DNA of 26,727 nt from a virus. Lineage: Duplodnaviria > Heunggongvirae > Uroviricota > Caudoviricetes. The translations under genes and the position numbers were made by a program. The notes below the pieces were generated by a model. That model ran no database searches. It was given only the letters and a program-made list of their open reading frames with translations, and was not told the origin of the DNA. Location: IMG/VR virus record IMGVR_UViG_2675903433_000037; one strand, given 5' to 3'. Shown here one piece after another: positions 1 through 13,319 of this stretch (the first letter of the stretch is position 1; each line of letters starts with the position of its first letter).

Positions 1-2628
1 ATGAGCGACCTTGCGAGAGAAATTACACCGGTCAACATTGAGGAAGAGCTGAAGAGCTCCTATCTGGATTATGCGATGTCGGTCATTGTTGGCCGTGCGC
101 TGCCAGATGTCCGAGATGGCCTGAAGCCGGTACACCGTCGCGTACTTTACGCCATGAACGTACTAGGCAATGACTGGAACAAAGCCTATAAAAAATCTGC
201 CCGTGTCGTTGGTGACGTAATCGGTAAATACCATCCCCATGGTGACTCGGCGGTTTATGACACGATCGTCCGTATGGCGCAGCCATTCTCGCTGCGTTAC
301 ATGCTGGTAGACGGTCAGGGTAACTTCGGTTCCATCGACGGCGACTCTGCGGCGGCAATGCGTTATACGGAAATCCGTCTGGCGAAAATTGCCCATGAAC
401 TGATGGCCGATCTCGAAAAAGAGACGGTCGATTTCGTTGATAACTATGACGGCACGGAAAAAATTCCCGACGTCATGCCAACCAAAATTCCTAACCTGCT
501 GGTGAACGGTTCTTCCGGTATCGCCGTAGGTATGGCAACCAACATCCCGCCGCACAACCTGACGGAAGTCATCAACGGTTGTCTGGCGTATATCGATGAT
601 GAAGACATCAGCATTGAAGGGCTGATGGAACACATCCCGGGGCCGGACTTCCCGACGGCGGCAATCATTAACGGTCGTCGCGGTATTGAAGAAGCTTACC
701 GTACCGGTCGCGGCAAGGTGTATATCCGCGCTCGCGCAGAAGTGGAAGTTGACGCCAAAACCGGTCGTGAAACCATTATCGTCCACGAAATTCCGTATCA
801 GGTAAACAAAGCGCGCCTGATCGAGAAGATTGCGGAACTGGTAAAAGAAAAACGCGTGGAAGGCATCAGCGCGCTGCGTGACGAGTCTGACAAAGACGGT
901 ATGCGCATCGTGATTGAAGTGAAACGCGATGCGGTCGGTGAAGTTGTGCTCAACAACCTCTACTCCCAGACCCAGTTGCAGGTTTCTTTCGGTATCAACA
1001 TGGTGGCATTGCACCATGGTCAGCCGAAGATCATGAACCTGAAAGACATCATCGCGGCGTTTGTTCGTCACCGCCGTGAAGTGGTGACCCGTCGTACTAT
1101 TTTCGAACTGCGTAAAGCTCGCGATCGTGCTCATATCCTTGAAGCATTAGCCGTGGCGCTGGCGAACATCGACCCGATCATCGAACTGATCCGTCATGCG
1201 CCGACGCCTGCAGAAGCGAAAACTGCGCTGGTTGCTAATCCGTGGCAGCTGGGCAACGTTGCCGCGATGCTCGAACGTGCTGGCGACGATGCTGCGCGTC
1301 CGGAATGGCTGGAGCCAGAGTTCGGCGTGCGTGATGGTCTGTACTACCTGACCGAACAGCAAGCTCAGGCGATTCTGGATCTGCGTTTGCAGAAACTGAC
1401 CGGCCTTGAGCACGAAAAACTGCTCGACGAATACAAAGAGCTGCTGGATCAGATCGCGGAACTGTTGCGTATTCTTGGTAGCGCCGATCGTTTGATGGAA
1501 GTGATCCGTGAAGAGCTGGAGCTGGTTCGTGAACAGTTCGGTGACAAACGTCGTACTGAAATCACCGCCAACAGCGCAGACATCAACCTGGAAGATCTGA
1601 TCACTCAGGAAGATGTGGTAGTGACGCTCTCTCACCAGGGCTACGTTAAGTATCAGCCGCTTTCTGAATACGAAGCGCAGCGTCGTGGCGGGAAAGGTAA
1701 ATCTGCCGCACGTATTAAAGAAGAAGACTTTATCGACCGACTGCTGGTGGCGAACACTCACGACCATATTCTGTGCTTCTCCAGCCGTGGTCGCGTCTAT
1801 TCGATGAAAGTTTATCAGTTGCCGGAAGCCACTCGTGGCGCGCGCGGTCGTCCGATCGTCAACCTGCTGCCGCTGGAGCAGGACGAACGTATCACTGCGA
1901 TCCTGCCAGTGACCGAGTTTGAAGAAGGCGTGAAAGTCTTCATGGCGACCGCTAACGGTACCGTGAAGAAAACTGTCCTCACCGAGTTCAACCGTCTGCG
2001 TACCGCCGGTAAAGTGGCGATCAAACTGGTTGACGGCGATGAGCTGATCGGCGTTGACCTGACCAGCGGCGAAGACGAAGTAATGCTGTTCTCCGCTGAA
2101 GGTAAAGTGGTGCGCTTTAAAGAGTCTTCTGTCCGTGCGATGGGCTGCAACACCACCGGTGTTCGCGGTATTCGCTTAGGTGAAGGCGATAAAGTCGTCT
2201 CTCTGATCGTGCCTCGTGGCGATGGCGCAATCCTCACCGCAACGCAAAACGGTTACGGTAAACGTACCGCAGTGGCGGAATACCCAACCAAGTCGCGTGC
2301 GACGAAAGGGGTTATCTCCATTAAGGTTACTGAACGTAATGGTTTAGTGGTTGGCGCGGTACAGGTAGATGACTGCGACCAGATCATGATGATCACCGAT
2401 GCCGGTACGCTGGTACGTACTCGCGTTTCGGAAATCAGCATCGTAGGCCGTAACACCCAGGGCGTGATCCTCATCCGTACTGCGGAAGATGAAAACGTAG
2501 TGGGTCTGCAACGTGTTGCTGAACCGGTTGACGAGGAAGATCTGGATACCATCGATGGCAGTGCCGCGGAAGGGGACGATGAAATCGCTCCGGAAGTGGA
2601 CGTTGACGACGAGCCAGAAGAAGAATAA
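1..2628 (+). CDS. gyrA: DNA gyrase subunit A, complete 875 aa
   Basis: Full-length ORF matching the recalled E. coli GyrA sequence, including the QRDR '[10 protein letters not shown]' and the acidic C-terminal tail. Confidence 0.97.
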
Positions 2629-2647
2629 TTTTACTTCTTCATGCCAA

Positions 2648-2674
2648 AAGGGAGCTATCTCCCTTGTTTGAATT
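2648..2674 (+). terminator. Putative gyrA terminator hairpin
   Basis: Inverted repeat aaggga-N6-tccctt followed by a T-rich tract, just after the gyrA stop. Approximate coordinates. Confidence 0.35.
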
Positions 2675-2776
2675 GAAAAGTCCAGGCTGCAAAGTCTGGG
2701 CTTTTGTCGTATTAGGGCACGGTAAAGTTTGGCTGTGCCCGTAAAAAATGGCTGGCTATACACAAGGAATGTGGCA

Positions 2777-6130
<3,354 letters not shown>

Positions 6131-6153
<23 letters not shown>

Positions 6154-6349
6154 TTCTGATCCTCTTCAAAAGGCTACTTGTTACTGGTCGATTTAAGTCA
6201 ACCTTTACCGCTGATTCGTGGAACAGATACTCTCTTCCATCCTTAACCGGAGGAGGGAATATCCTGCATTCGCGCACCCATCGACGAACTGTTTCAAGGC
6301 TTCTTGGGCGTCGCTGGCGTGCATTCCACTCCTGAAGTGTCAAGTACAT
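6131..6349 (-). CDS. xis: Excisionase, 72 aa
   Basis: Translation 'MYLTLQEWNARQRRPRSLETVRRWVRECRIFPPPVKDGREYLFHESAVKVDLNRP...' is near-identical to recalled lambda Xis and overlaps the int start. Confidence 0.9.
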
Positions 6350-6454
6350 CGCAAAGTCTCCGCAATTACACGCAAGAAAAGCCGCATTGATGCGGCAATG
6401 GTAGGTCTGGATATCTTGAGAAATGAACAGGCCTCATTGAGTGTGAGGCTGTGG

Positions 6455-6799
6455 TTAGTCCTTGCGTAGCTCGCTAATTCTTCTGTAAGTCTCTGGTGCT
6501 TTGTTTCCGTGTATCTTCATTTCAGACTTCAACAGAGCGACGAGGGAATCCCATTCGTTGAGGATGCCTTTGAATGCCGGAACGCGCTTTGCAACCTTGT
6601 CGAATGAATCTCTGATTTCTGGAATCTGCTCAACAAGTGCAACGCATCGCCGGAAGTCTGCTGCGTCATGTGGAGCGCCGAAGTGATGACCATAGATATT
6701 CTTTTTCAGTCCACATGCGATTGAGGCAAGAGTTGCGCTACTGATGCCAACATCGCCAGTCGATTGCCATTTCAAAACCTTCATAGCCAAATCTGACAT
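6455..6799 (-). CDS. Hypothetical early-left protein, 114 aa
   Basis: ATG with a ggaga RBS; co-oriented with the PL-operon genes. No family recognised. Confidence 0.45.
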   Translation of the reverse strand: MSDLAMKVLKWQSTGDVGISSATLASIACGLKKNIYGHHFGAPHDAADFRRCVALVEQIPEIRDSFDKVAKRVPAFKGILNEWDSLVALLKSEMKIHGNKAPETYRRISELRKD

Positions 6800-6917
6800 T
6801 TCTTGTCTCCATAAAACAAAACCCGCCGTAGCGAGTTCAGATAAAAGAAATCCCCGCGAGTGCGAGGATTGTTATTCATTGCCGATATTCACCTTTATCG
6901 CGAACACCTTTACCGGT

Positions 6918-7160
6918 TTATCTCCTTTGCATGGCGCGTAATTTTTTCAGATGGTTCTCCTGCTCTGTTTCAGCCAGAATTTGTCGGTATTCCTGGTGAT
7001 CGATCCGTTCAAACAGTTCATTAAAATCGTTTATTTTTACCGACTGTGTTCGCCCATCCATTCTTCTGTACAACACAGTGTTGTTTATGCAGCGAAGAAT
7101 TTTTATCGGGTAGCCGGCGCTATCGGTGTATATCTGACCACGTTGAATCAGAGCGAACAT
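6918..7160 (-). CDS. Hypothetical protein, about 80 aa
   Basis: The track ORF starts at a TTG at 7214. The first ATG (7160, MFALIQ...) has an aagga RBS and is preferred. Confidence 0.4.
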   Translation of the reverse strand: MFALIQRGQIYTDSAGYPIKILRCINNTVLYRRMDGRTQSVKINDFNELFERIDHQEYRQILAETEQENHLKKLRAMQRR

Positions 7161-7234
7161 TCCTTTATCCCCAGCGGAAAAGCGAATACAGAATAAATGC
7201 CACCGCGATTGCAACTCCTACAGCGGTGAATGCT

Positions 7235-7585
7235 TCAGGCCAATTCATCATTCACTCCCTGCGGCGGTTCTGGTAGCAGCATCCAGTACAAGGCGTTCCC
7301 TAACCACGATAAAGTGCCGTCGCTCAACTCCACGTATTCCTCTTGTACCTGTCCTGCCATATACTCACCGTGCTTTGAATAAATTAAAATCCAATCATCT
7401 TGAGCGGGCATTCGCTCACTACAGCTTATCCAACCACCCGGACTTACCGGAGAGTTGCCAGTCTTACGCATGGCAATCTCCACGATTTCAACCATATCTC
7501 CTGGCAGAATTTTACAAAGCTGGCCAAAGCGCCTCTGCTGCCTGGCATACTCGAGGATGTGCTCCAGTTTGGTTCGATTAATCAT
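7235..7585 (-). CDS. DUF551-like prophage protein, 116 aa
   Basis: 'WISCSERMP' motif typical of DUF551 proteins; start overlaps the upstream gene's stop. Confidence 0.5.
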   Translation of the reverse strand: MINRTKLEHILEYARQQRRFGQLCKILPGDMVEIVEIAMRKTGNSPVSPGGWISCSERMPAQDDWILIYSKHGEYMAGQVQEEYVELSDGTLSWLGNALYWMLLPEPPQGVNDELA

Positions 7586-8187
7586 GATTTATCTCCCTTA
7601 AGCATGGCTGCACGGCAGGCGTTCCAGCCTCTCACCTCTGCAATAGCTGCAACAGCATCAACTGTGTACATGCTAAGAGGGTTAGGCATTGGTTTTTCTT
7701 CCGGTACTACTGGCGATGGCTGTTTGGCTTCTAAATCAGCAATTCTGTCAACTACGGCATCGACAGCATCTGAAAAACTGAAACAGTTACTCCACTCAGG
7801 CCTATCCCCGGTTGTTGCGAAGTACATATCAGCTAAAGCAGACTCAGCATGGTCACGCTCGTTAATGAGTTGCTCTTCGCTTTTCTCCAGTTCAGCAATA
7901 CGTTTACTCCCATCCGAGATAACACCTTCGTAATACTCACGCTGCTCGTTGAGTTTTGATTTTGCTTCCTCAAGCTCAACACGCAGCTTCCCTACCGTTA
8001 GCGCAATTTCCTCGTTCTCCTGGTCGCGGCGTTTGATGTATTGCTGGTTTCTTTCCCGTTCATCCAGCAGTGCCAGCACAATCGATGGTGTTACCAGCTC
8101 ATGGAAAAGGTCCGCATCAAATCCCCAGTCGTCATGCATTGCCTGCTCTGCCGCTTCACGCAGTGCCTGAGAGTTAATTTCGCTCAC
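7582..8187 (-). CDS. Ead/Ea22-like protein, 201 aa
   Basis: Acidic coiled-coil protein at the lambda ea22 position. Apparent GTG start overlapping the upstream stop. Confidence 0.55.
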   Translation of the reverse strand: MSEINSQALREAAEQAMHDDWGFDADLFHELVTPSIVLALLDERERNQQYIKRRDQENEEIALTVGKLRVELEEAKSKLNEQREYYEGVISDGSKRIAELEKSEEQLINERDHAESALADMYFATTGDRPEWSNCFSFSDAVDAVVDRIADLEAKQPSPVVPEEKPMPNPLSMYTVDAVAAIAEVRGWNACRAAMLKGDKS

Positions 8188-8405
8188 TTCGAACCTCTCT
8201 GTTTACTGATAAGCTCCAGATCCTCCTGGCAACTTGCACAAGTCCGACAACCCTGAACGGCCAGACGTCTTAGTTCATCTATCGGATCGCCACACTCACA
8301 ACAATGAGTGGCAGATATAGCCTGGTGGTTCAGGCGGTGCATTTTTATTGCTGTGTTGCGCTGTAATTCTTCAATTTCTGATGCTGAATCAATGATGTCT
8401 GCCAT
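8184..8405 (-). CDS. TraR/DksA-family C4 zinc-finger protein, 73 aa
   Basis: CxxC-N17-CxxC motif 'CCECGDPIDELRRLAVQGCRTCASC' typical of phage TraR-like proteins. Confidence 0.7.
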   Translation of the reverse strand: MADIIDSASEIEELQRNTAIKMHRLNHQAISATHCCECGDPIDELRRLAVQGCRTCASCQEDLELISKQRGSK

Positions 8406-8454
8406 CTTCCATTAATCCCTGAATTGTTGGTTAATACGCTTGAGGGTGAATGCG

Positions 8455-8481
8455 AACAATAAAAAAGGAGCCTGTAGCTCC
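8455..8481 (-). terminator. Rho-independent terminator (minus strand)
   Basis: Hairpin ggagc-ctgta-gctcc flanked on the plus strand by aataaaaaa, giving a U-run on the minus-strand RNA. Confidence 0.55.
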
Positions 8482-8503
8482 CTGATGATTTTGCTTTTCA
8501 TGT

Positions 8504-8719
8504 TCATCGCTCCTTAAAGACGCCGTTTAACATGCCGATCGCCAGACTTAAATGAGTCGGTGTGAATCCCATTAGCGTTACCGTTTCGCGGTGCTTCTTC
8601 AGTACGCTACGGCAAATGTCATCGACGTTTTTATCCGGAAACTGCTGTCTGGCTTTTTTGATTTCAGAATTAGCCTGACGGGCAATGCTGCGAAGGGCGT
8701 TTTCCTGCTGAGGTGTCAT
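8504..8719 (-). CDS. Hypothetical protein orfX, 71 aa (copy A)
   Basis: [15 protein letters not shown]...GVFKER. The ATG overlaps the stop of a small upstream ORF (ATGA). The track ORF carries a 22-aa N-terminal extension that I reject. Confidence 0.5.
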   Translation of the reverse strand: MTPQQENALRSIARQANSEIKKARQQFPDKNVDDICRSVLKKHRETVTLMGFTPTHLSLAIGMLNGVFKER

Positions 8720-8799
8720 TGAACAAGTCCCATGTCGGCAAGCATAAGCACACAGAATATGAAGCCTGCTGCCAGAAAAATGCATTCTGTTGTTGTCAT
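8716..8799 (-). CDS. Small hydrophobic peptide, 27 aa (copy A)
   Basis: [31 protein letters not shown] overlaps at both ends, with orf63-like upstream and orfX downstream. Too short for the ORF track. Confidence 0.35.
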   Translation of the reverse strand: MTTTECIFLAAGFIFCVLMLADMGLVQ

Positions 8800-8987
8800 G
8801 CCGGGTCTCTCTCGTTTGCTTCTGCTTTCGCCGCCATCATTTCCAGCTTTTGTGAAAGGGATGTGGCTAACGTATGAAATTCTTCGTCTGTTTCTACTGG
8901 TATTGGCACAAACCTGACTCCAATTTGAGCGAGGCTATGTGCCATCCCGATACTCGTTCTTAATTCAACAGGAGATGCTTTGTGCAT
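8796..8987 (-). CDS. Lambda orf63-like protein, 63 aa (copy A)
   Basis: Position and sequence resemble recalled lambda orf63 between exo and ea22. Confidence 0.55.
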   Translation of the reverse strand: MHKASPVELRTSIGMAHSLAQIGVRFVPIPVETDEEFHTLATSLSQKLEMMAAKAEANERDPA

Positions 8988-9148
8988 ACAGCCCCTCGTT
9001 TATTATTTATCTCTTCAGCCAGCCGCTGTGCTTTCAGTGGATTTCGGATAACAGAAAGGCCGGGAAATACCCAGCCTCGCTTTGTAACGGAGTAGACGAA
9101 AGTGATCGTGCCTACCCGGATATTATCGTGAGGATGCTTCATTACCAT
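8960..9148 (-). CDS. Lambda orf60a-like protein, 62 aa (copy A)
   Basis: '[11 protein letters not shown]...' lies immediately downstream of exo, as recalled for lambda orf60a. Confidence 0.55.
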   Translation of the reverse strand: MVMKHPHDNIRVGTITFVYSVTKRGWVFPGLSVIRNPLKAQRLAEEINNKRGAVCTKHLLLN

Positions 9149-9522
9149 TGCTCCCCATATACAAAACCAATTTCAGCCAGTGCCTCGTCCATTTTTTCGA
9201 TGAACTCCGGCACCATCTCGTCAAAACTCGCCATGTACTTTTCATTCCGCTCAATCACGACATAATGCAGGCCTTCACGCTTCATGCGCGGGTCATAGTT
9301 GGCAAAGTACCAGGCATCTTTTCGTGTCACCCACATGCTGTACTGCACCTGGGCCATGTAAGCCGATTTTATTGCCTCGAAACCACCGAGCCGGAATTTC
9401 ATGAAATCCCGGGAGGTAAACGGGCATTTCAGTTCAAGGCCGTTGCCGTCACTGCATAAACCATCGGGAGAGCAGGCGGTGCGCATACTTTCGTCGCGAT
9501 AGATGATCGGGGATTCAGTAAA
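9142..9522 (-). pseudogene. exo: exo 3' fragment (C-terminal ~125 codons), truncated by the IS element
   Basis: Translation equals the C-terminal part of the full exo at 12642-13319. Homology ends at 9522 where IS sequence begins. Confidence 0.8.
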
Positions 9523-9586
9523 TGAGGTAGCCTGAGTTTAACGGACACTCCTTCCTGAAATAGAATGGCATCAGAAGGAGCTAATA

Positions 9587-9889
9587 ATGAGCAGAAAAAC
9601 CCAACGTTACTCTAAAGAGTTCAAAGCCGAAGCTGTCAGAACGGTTCTTGAAAATCAACTTTCGATCAGTGAAGGCGCTTCCCGATTATCTCTTCCTGAA
9701 GGCACTTTAGGACAATGGGTTACCGCCGCCAGAAAAGGGCTCGGTACTCCTGGTTCCCGCACGGTGGCTGAACTGGAATCTGAAATTCTGCAACTGCGTA
9801 AGGCGTTAAATGAAGCTCGCCTTGAGCGAGATATATTAAAAAAAGCAACAGCGTATTTTGCACAGGAGTCGCTGAAAAATACGCGTTAA
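9587..9889 (+). CDS. IS3-family transposase OrfA (HTH), 100 aa
   Basis: 'MSRKTQRYSKEFKAEAV...' with a leucine-zipper-like C-terminus; slippery aaaaaaag at about 9838-9845. Confidence 0.85.
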   Translation: MSRKTQRYSKEFKAEAVRTVLENQLSISEGASRLSLPEGTLGQWVTAARKGLGTPGSRTVAELESEILQLRKALNEARLERDILKKATAYFAQESLKNTR

Positions 9890-9924
9890 TCGAACAATGG
9901 CGACAACAATTTCCCATTGAAGCG

Positions 9925-10743
9925 ATGTGTCAGGTATTTGGTGTATCCAGGAGCGGTTATTACAACTGGGTACAGCATGAACCCTCAGACAGAAAACAAA
10001 GTGATGAGCGGCTAAAACTGGAGATTAAGGTGGCACATATCCGCACTCGCGAAACATATGGAACCCGGCGGCTCCAGACGGAGCTGGCAGAGAATGGCAT
10101 CATCGTTGGTCGTGACCGACTGGCACGTCTTCGTAAGGAGCTAAGGCTACGCTGTAAGCAGAAACGCAAGTTCAGAGCGACTACGAACTCGAACCACAAT
10201 CTGCCAGTTGCGCCAAATCTGCTGAACCAGACGTTCGCTCCTACAGCACCAAATCAGGTCTGGGTGGCGGACCTGACGTATGTTGCCACACAGGAGGGAT
10301 GGTTGTACCTCGCTGGCATCAAAGATGTTTATACGTGCGAAATTGTCGGCTACGCCATGGGAGAGCGCATGACAAAAGAGCTGACAGGTAAAGCTCTGTT
10401 TATGGCGCTCAGGAGCCAGCGCCCACCTGCCGGGCTAATCCACCACTCTGATCGAGGTTCACAGTACTGCGCATACGATTACCGGGTCATACAGGAGCAG
10501 TTTGGTCTGAAAACATCAATGTCGCGTAAAGGTAACTGTTACGACAACGCTCCGATGGAAAGCTTCTGGGGAACGCTGAAAAATGAGAGCCTGAGCCACT
10601 ATCGTTTTAATAACCGGGATGAAGCCATCTCAGTAATACGGGAATACATTGAGATTTTCTACAATCGTCAGCGTCGTCACTCTCGTCTGGGGAATATCTC
10701 CCCGGCAGCCTTCAGGGAAAAATATCATCAGATGGCTGCTTAA
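9925..10743 (+). CDS. IS3-family transposase OrfB (DDE integrase core)
   Basis: 'WVADLTYV...HHSDRGSQY...CYDNAPMESFW' DDE motifs. The native product is probably an OrfAB fusion by -1 frameshift, so the true 5' end lies upstream of this ATG. Confidence 0.85.
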   Translation: MCQVFGVSRSGYYNWVQHEPSDRKQSDERLKLEIKVAHIRTRETYGTRRLQTELAENGIIVGRDRLARLRKELRLRCKQKRKFRATTNSNHNLPVAPNLLNQTFAPTAPNQVWVADLTYVATQEGWLYLAGIKDVYTCEIVGYAMGERMTKELTGKALFMALRSQRPPAGLIHHSDRGSQYCAYDYRVIQEQFGLKTSMSRKGNCYDNAPMESFWGTLKNESLSHYRFNNRDEAISVIREYIEIFYNRQRRHSRLGNISPAAFREKYHQMAA

Positions 10744-10790
10744 AAAAAGAACAAATGGTAGTGTCCGCTATTGCCAGTACACCTCAGTTC

Positions 10791-10979
10791 TTAACTCAAC
10801 AGGAGATGCTTTGTGCATACAGCCCCTCGTTTATTATTTATCTCCTCAGCCAGCCGCTGGGCTTTCAGTGGATTTTGGATAACAGAAAGGCCGGGAAATA
10901 CCCAGCCTCGCTTTGTAACGGAGTAGAAGAAAGTGATCGTGCCTACGCGGATATTATCGTGAGGATGCTTCATCGCCAT
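10791..10979 (-). CDS. orf60a-like protein (copy B, divergent)
   Basis: Same family as 8960-9148 with several substitutions. Confidence 0.5.
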   Translation of the reverse strand: MAMKHPHDNIRVGTITFFYSVTKRGWVFPGLSVIQNPLKAQRLAEEINNKRGAVCTKHLLLS

Positions 10980-11650
10980 TGCTCCCCAAATACAAAACCA
11001 ATTTCAGCCAGTGCCTCGTCCATTTTTTCGATGAACTCCGGCACCATCTCGTCAAAACTCGCCATGTAATTTTCATCCCGCTCAACCACGACATAATGCA
11101 GGCCTTCACGCTTCATTCGTGGGTCATAGTTGGCAAAGTACCAGGCATCTTTTCGCGTCACCCACATGCTGTACTGCACCTGGGCCATGTAAGCCGACTT
11201 TATGGCCTCGAAACCACCGAGCCGGAATTTCATGAAATCCCGGGAGGTAAACGGGCATTTCAGCTCAAGGCCGTTGCCGTCACTGCATAAACCATCGGGA
11301 GAGCAGGCGGTGCGCATACTTTCGTCGCGATAGATGATCGGGGATTCAATAACATTTACGCCGGAAGTGAACTCAAACAGGGTTCTGGCGTCGTTCTCGT
11401 ACTGTTTTCCCCAGGCCAGCGCTTTAGCGTTAACTTCCGGAGCCACACCGGTGCAAACCTCAGCCAGCAGGGTGTGGAAGTAGGATATTTTCATGTCAGG
11501 CCACTTCTTTCCTGATCGGGGCTTTGCTATCACGTTGTGAACTTCTGAAGCGGTGATGACGCCGAGCCGTAATTTGTGCCATGCATCATCCCCCTGTTCG
11601 ACAGCTCTCACGTCGATCCCGGTACGCTGCAGGATAATGTCCGGTGTCAT
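10970..11650 (-). CDS. exo: Lambda-type exonuclease, 226 aa (copy B, divergent allele)
   Basis: Full-length ORF ending GEQWR like recalled lambda Exo; differs from copies A and C at several residues. Confidence 0.85.
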   Translation of the reverse strand: MTPDIILQRTGIDVRAVEQGDDAWHKLRLGVITASEVHNVIAKPRSGKKWPDMKISYFHTLLAEVCTGVAPEVNAKALAWGKQYENDARTLFEFTSGVNVIESPIIYRDESMRTACSPDGLCSDGNGLELKCPFTSRDFMKFRLGGFEAIKSAYMAQVQYSMWVTRKDAWYFANYDPRMKREGLHYVVVERDENYMASFDEMVPEFIEKMDEALAEIGFVFGEQWR

Positions 11651-12219
11651 GCTGCCACCTTCTGCTCAGTGGCTTTCTGTTTCAGGAATCCAAGAGCTTT
11701 CACTGCTTCGGCCTGTGTCAGTTCTGACGATGCGCGAATGTCGCGGCGAAATATCTGGGAACAGAGCGGCAATAAGTCGTCATCCCATGTTTTATCCAGG
11801 GCGATCAGCAGAGTGTTAATCTCCTGCATGGTTTCATCGTTAACCGGAGTGATGTCGCGTTCTGGCTGACGTTCTGCAGTGTATGCAGTATTTTCGACAA
11901 TGCGCTCGGCTTCATCCTTGTCATAGATACCAGCAAATCCGAAGGCCAGACGGGCACACTGAATCATGGCTTTATGCCGTAACATCCGTTTGGGATGCGA
12001 CTGCCACGGATCCTTAAAGACGCCGTTTAACATGCCGATCGCCAGACTTAAATGAGTCGGTGTGAATCCCATTAGCGTTACCGTTTCGCGGTGCTTCTTC
12101 AGTACGCTACGGCAAATGTCATCGACGTTTTTATCCGGAAACTGCTGTCTGGCTTTTTTGATTTCAGAATTAGCCTGACGGGCAATGCTGCGAAGGGCGT
12201 TTTCCTGCTGAGGTGTCAT
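11647..12219 (-). CDS. Chimeric ORF: orfX N-terminal 69 aa fused in frame to the Bet C-terminal 119 aa
   Basis: Translation is MTPQQ...[15 protein letters not shown]...KVAA. The junction near 12005 joins bet-internal sequence to the orfX 3' end. Confidence 0.6.
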   Translation of the reverse strand: MTPQQENALRSIARQANSEIKKARQQFPDKNVDDICRSVLKKHRETVTLMGFTPTHLSLAIGMLNGVFKDPWQSHPKRMLRHKAMIQCARLAFGFAGIYDKDEAERIVENTAYTAERQPERDITPVNDETMQEINTLLIALDKTWDDDLLPLCSQIFRRDIRASSELTQAEAVKALGFLKQKATEQKVAA

Positions 12220-12299
12220 TGAACAAGTCCCATGTCGGCAAGCATAAGCACACAGAATATGAAGCCTGCTGCCAGAAAAATGCATTCTGTTGTTGTCAT
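12216..12299 (-). CDS. Small hydrophobic peptide, 27 aa (copy C)
   Basis: Identical to 8716-8799, offset by 3500 bp. Confidence 0.3.
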   Translation of the reverse strand: MTTTECIFLAAGFIFCVLMLADMGLVQ

Positions 12300-12487
12300 G
12301 CCGGGTCTCTCTCGTTTGCTTCTGCTTTCGCCGCCATCATTTCCAGCTTTTGTGAAAGGGATGTGGCTAACGTATGAAATTCTTCGTCTGTTTCTACTGG
12401 TATTGGCACAAACCTGACTCCAATTTGAGCGAGGCTATGTGCCATCCCGATACTCGTTCTTAATTCAACAGGAGATGCTTTGTGCAT
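12296..12487 (-). CDS. orf63-like protein (copy C)
   Basis: Identical to copy A. Confidence 0.55.
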   Translation of the reverse strand: MHKASPVELRTSIGMAHSLAQIGVRFVPIPVETDEEFHTLATSLSQKLEMMAAKAEANERDPA

Positions 12488-12648
12488 ACAGCCCCTCGTT
12501 TATTATTTATCTCTTCAGCCAGCCGCTGTGCTTTCAGTGGATTTCGGATAACAGAAAGGCCGGGAAATACCCAGCCTCGCTTTGTAACGGAGTAGACGAA
12601 AGTGATCGTGCCTACCCGGATATTATCGTGAGGATGCTTCATTACCAT
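12460..12648 (-). CDS. orf60a-like protein (copy C)
   Basis: Identical to copy A. Confidence 0.55.
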   Translation of the reverse strand: MVMKHPHDNIRVGTITFVYSVTKRGWVFPGLSVIRNPLKAQRLAEEINNKRGAVCTKHLLLN

Positions 12649-13319
12649 TGCTCCCCATATACAAAACCAATTTCAGCCAGTGCCTCGTCCATTTTTTCGA
12701 TGAACTCCGGCACCATCTCGTCAAAACTCGCCATGTACTTTTCATTCCGCTCAATCACGACATAATGCAGGCCTTCACGCTTCATGCGCGGGTCATAGTT
12801 GGCAAAGTACCAGGCATCTTTTCGTGTCACCCACATGCTGTACTGCACCTGGGCCATGTAAGCCGATTTTATGGCCTCGAAACCACCGAGCCGGAACTTC
12901 ATGAAATCCCGGGAGGTAAACGGGCATTTCAGCTCAAGGCCGTTGCCGTCACTGCATAAACCATCGGGAGAGCAGGCGGTGCGCATACTTTCGTCGCGAT
13001 AGATGATCGGGGATTCAGTAACATTCACGCCGGAAGTGAACTCAAAGAGGGTTCTGGCGTCGTTCTCGTACTGTTTTCCCCAGGCCAGAGCCTTAGCGTT
13101 AACTTCCGGAGCCACACCGGTGCAAACCTCAGCCAGCAGGGTGTGGAAGTAGGACATTTTCATGTCAGGCCACTTCTTTCCTGATCGGGGTTTTGCTATT
13201 ACGTTGTGAATTTCTGAAGCTGTGATGACGCCGAGCCGTAATTTGTGCCACGCATCATCTCCCTGTTCGACAGCTCTCACGTCGATCCCAGTACGCTGCA
13301 GGATAATGTCCGGTGTCAT
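12642..13319 (-). CDS. exo: Lambda exonuclease (Red-alpha), 225 aa
   Basis: Near-identical to recalled lambda Exo; ends GEQW-stop, one codon shorter than copy B. Overlaps the bet stop. Confidence 0.9.
   Translation of the reverse strand: MTPDIILQRTGIDVRAVEQGDDAWHKLRLGVITASEIHNVIAKPRSGKKWPDMKMSYFHTLLAEVCTGVAPEVNAKALAWGKQYENDARTLFEFTSGVNVTESPIIYRDESMRTACSPDGLCSDGNGLELKCPFTSRDFMKFRLGGFEAIKSAYMAQVQYSMWVTRKDAWYFANYDPRMKREGLHYVVIERNEKYMASFDEMVPEFIEKMDEALAEIGFVYGEQW

Larger units (their letters stand above)
9523..10786 (+). mobile_element. IS3-family insertion sequence (IS629/IS1203-like), about 1.26 kb
   Basis: Ends 5'-TGAGG...CCTCA-3' with imperfect terminal inverted repeats sharing agtgtccg; orfA plus DDE orfB; A6G slippery site. 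Flanks differ, so no target-site duplication. Confidence 0.8.

Noticed and set aside
83-2763. Multiple minus-strand ORFs inside gyrA (83-358, 163-1134, 1147-1767, 1815-2237, 2253-2552, 2344-2763)
   Set aside because: Antisense shadow ORFs within a well-supported gyrA coding region; no independent start signals or recognisable products.
12000-12011. GGATCC (BamHI site) exactly at the bet/orfX fusion junction, raising the question of an engineered construct
   Set aside because: A single 6-mer is weak evidence. The junction is explained by 3-bp microhomology between divergent parental sequences, and the surrounding DNA is ordinary prophage sequence with no vector features. Left as unresolved rather than called.
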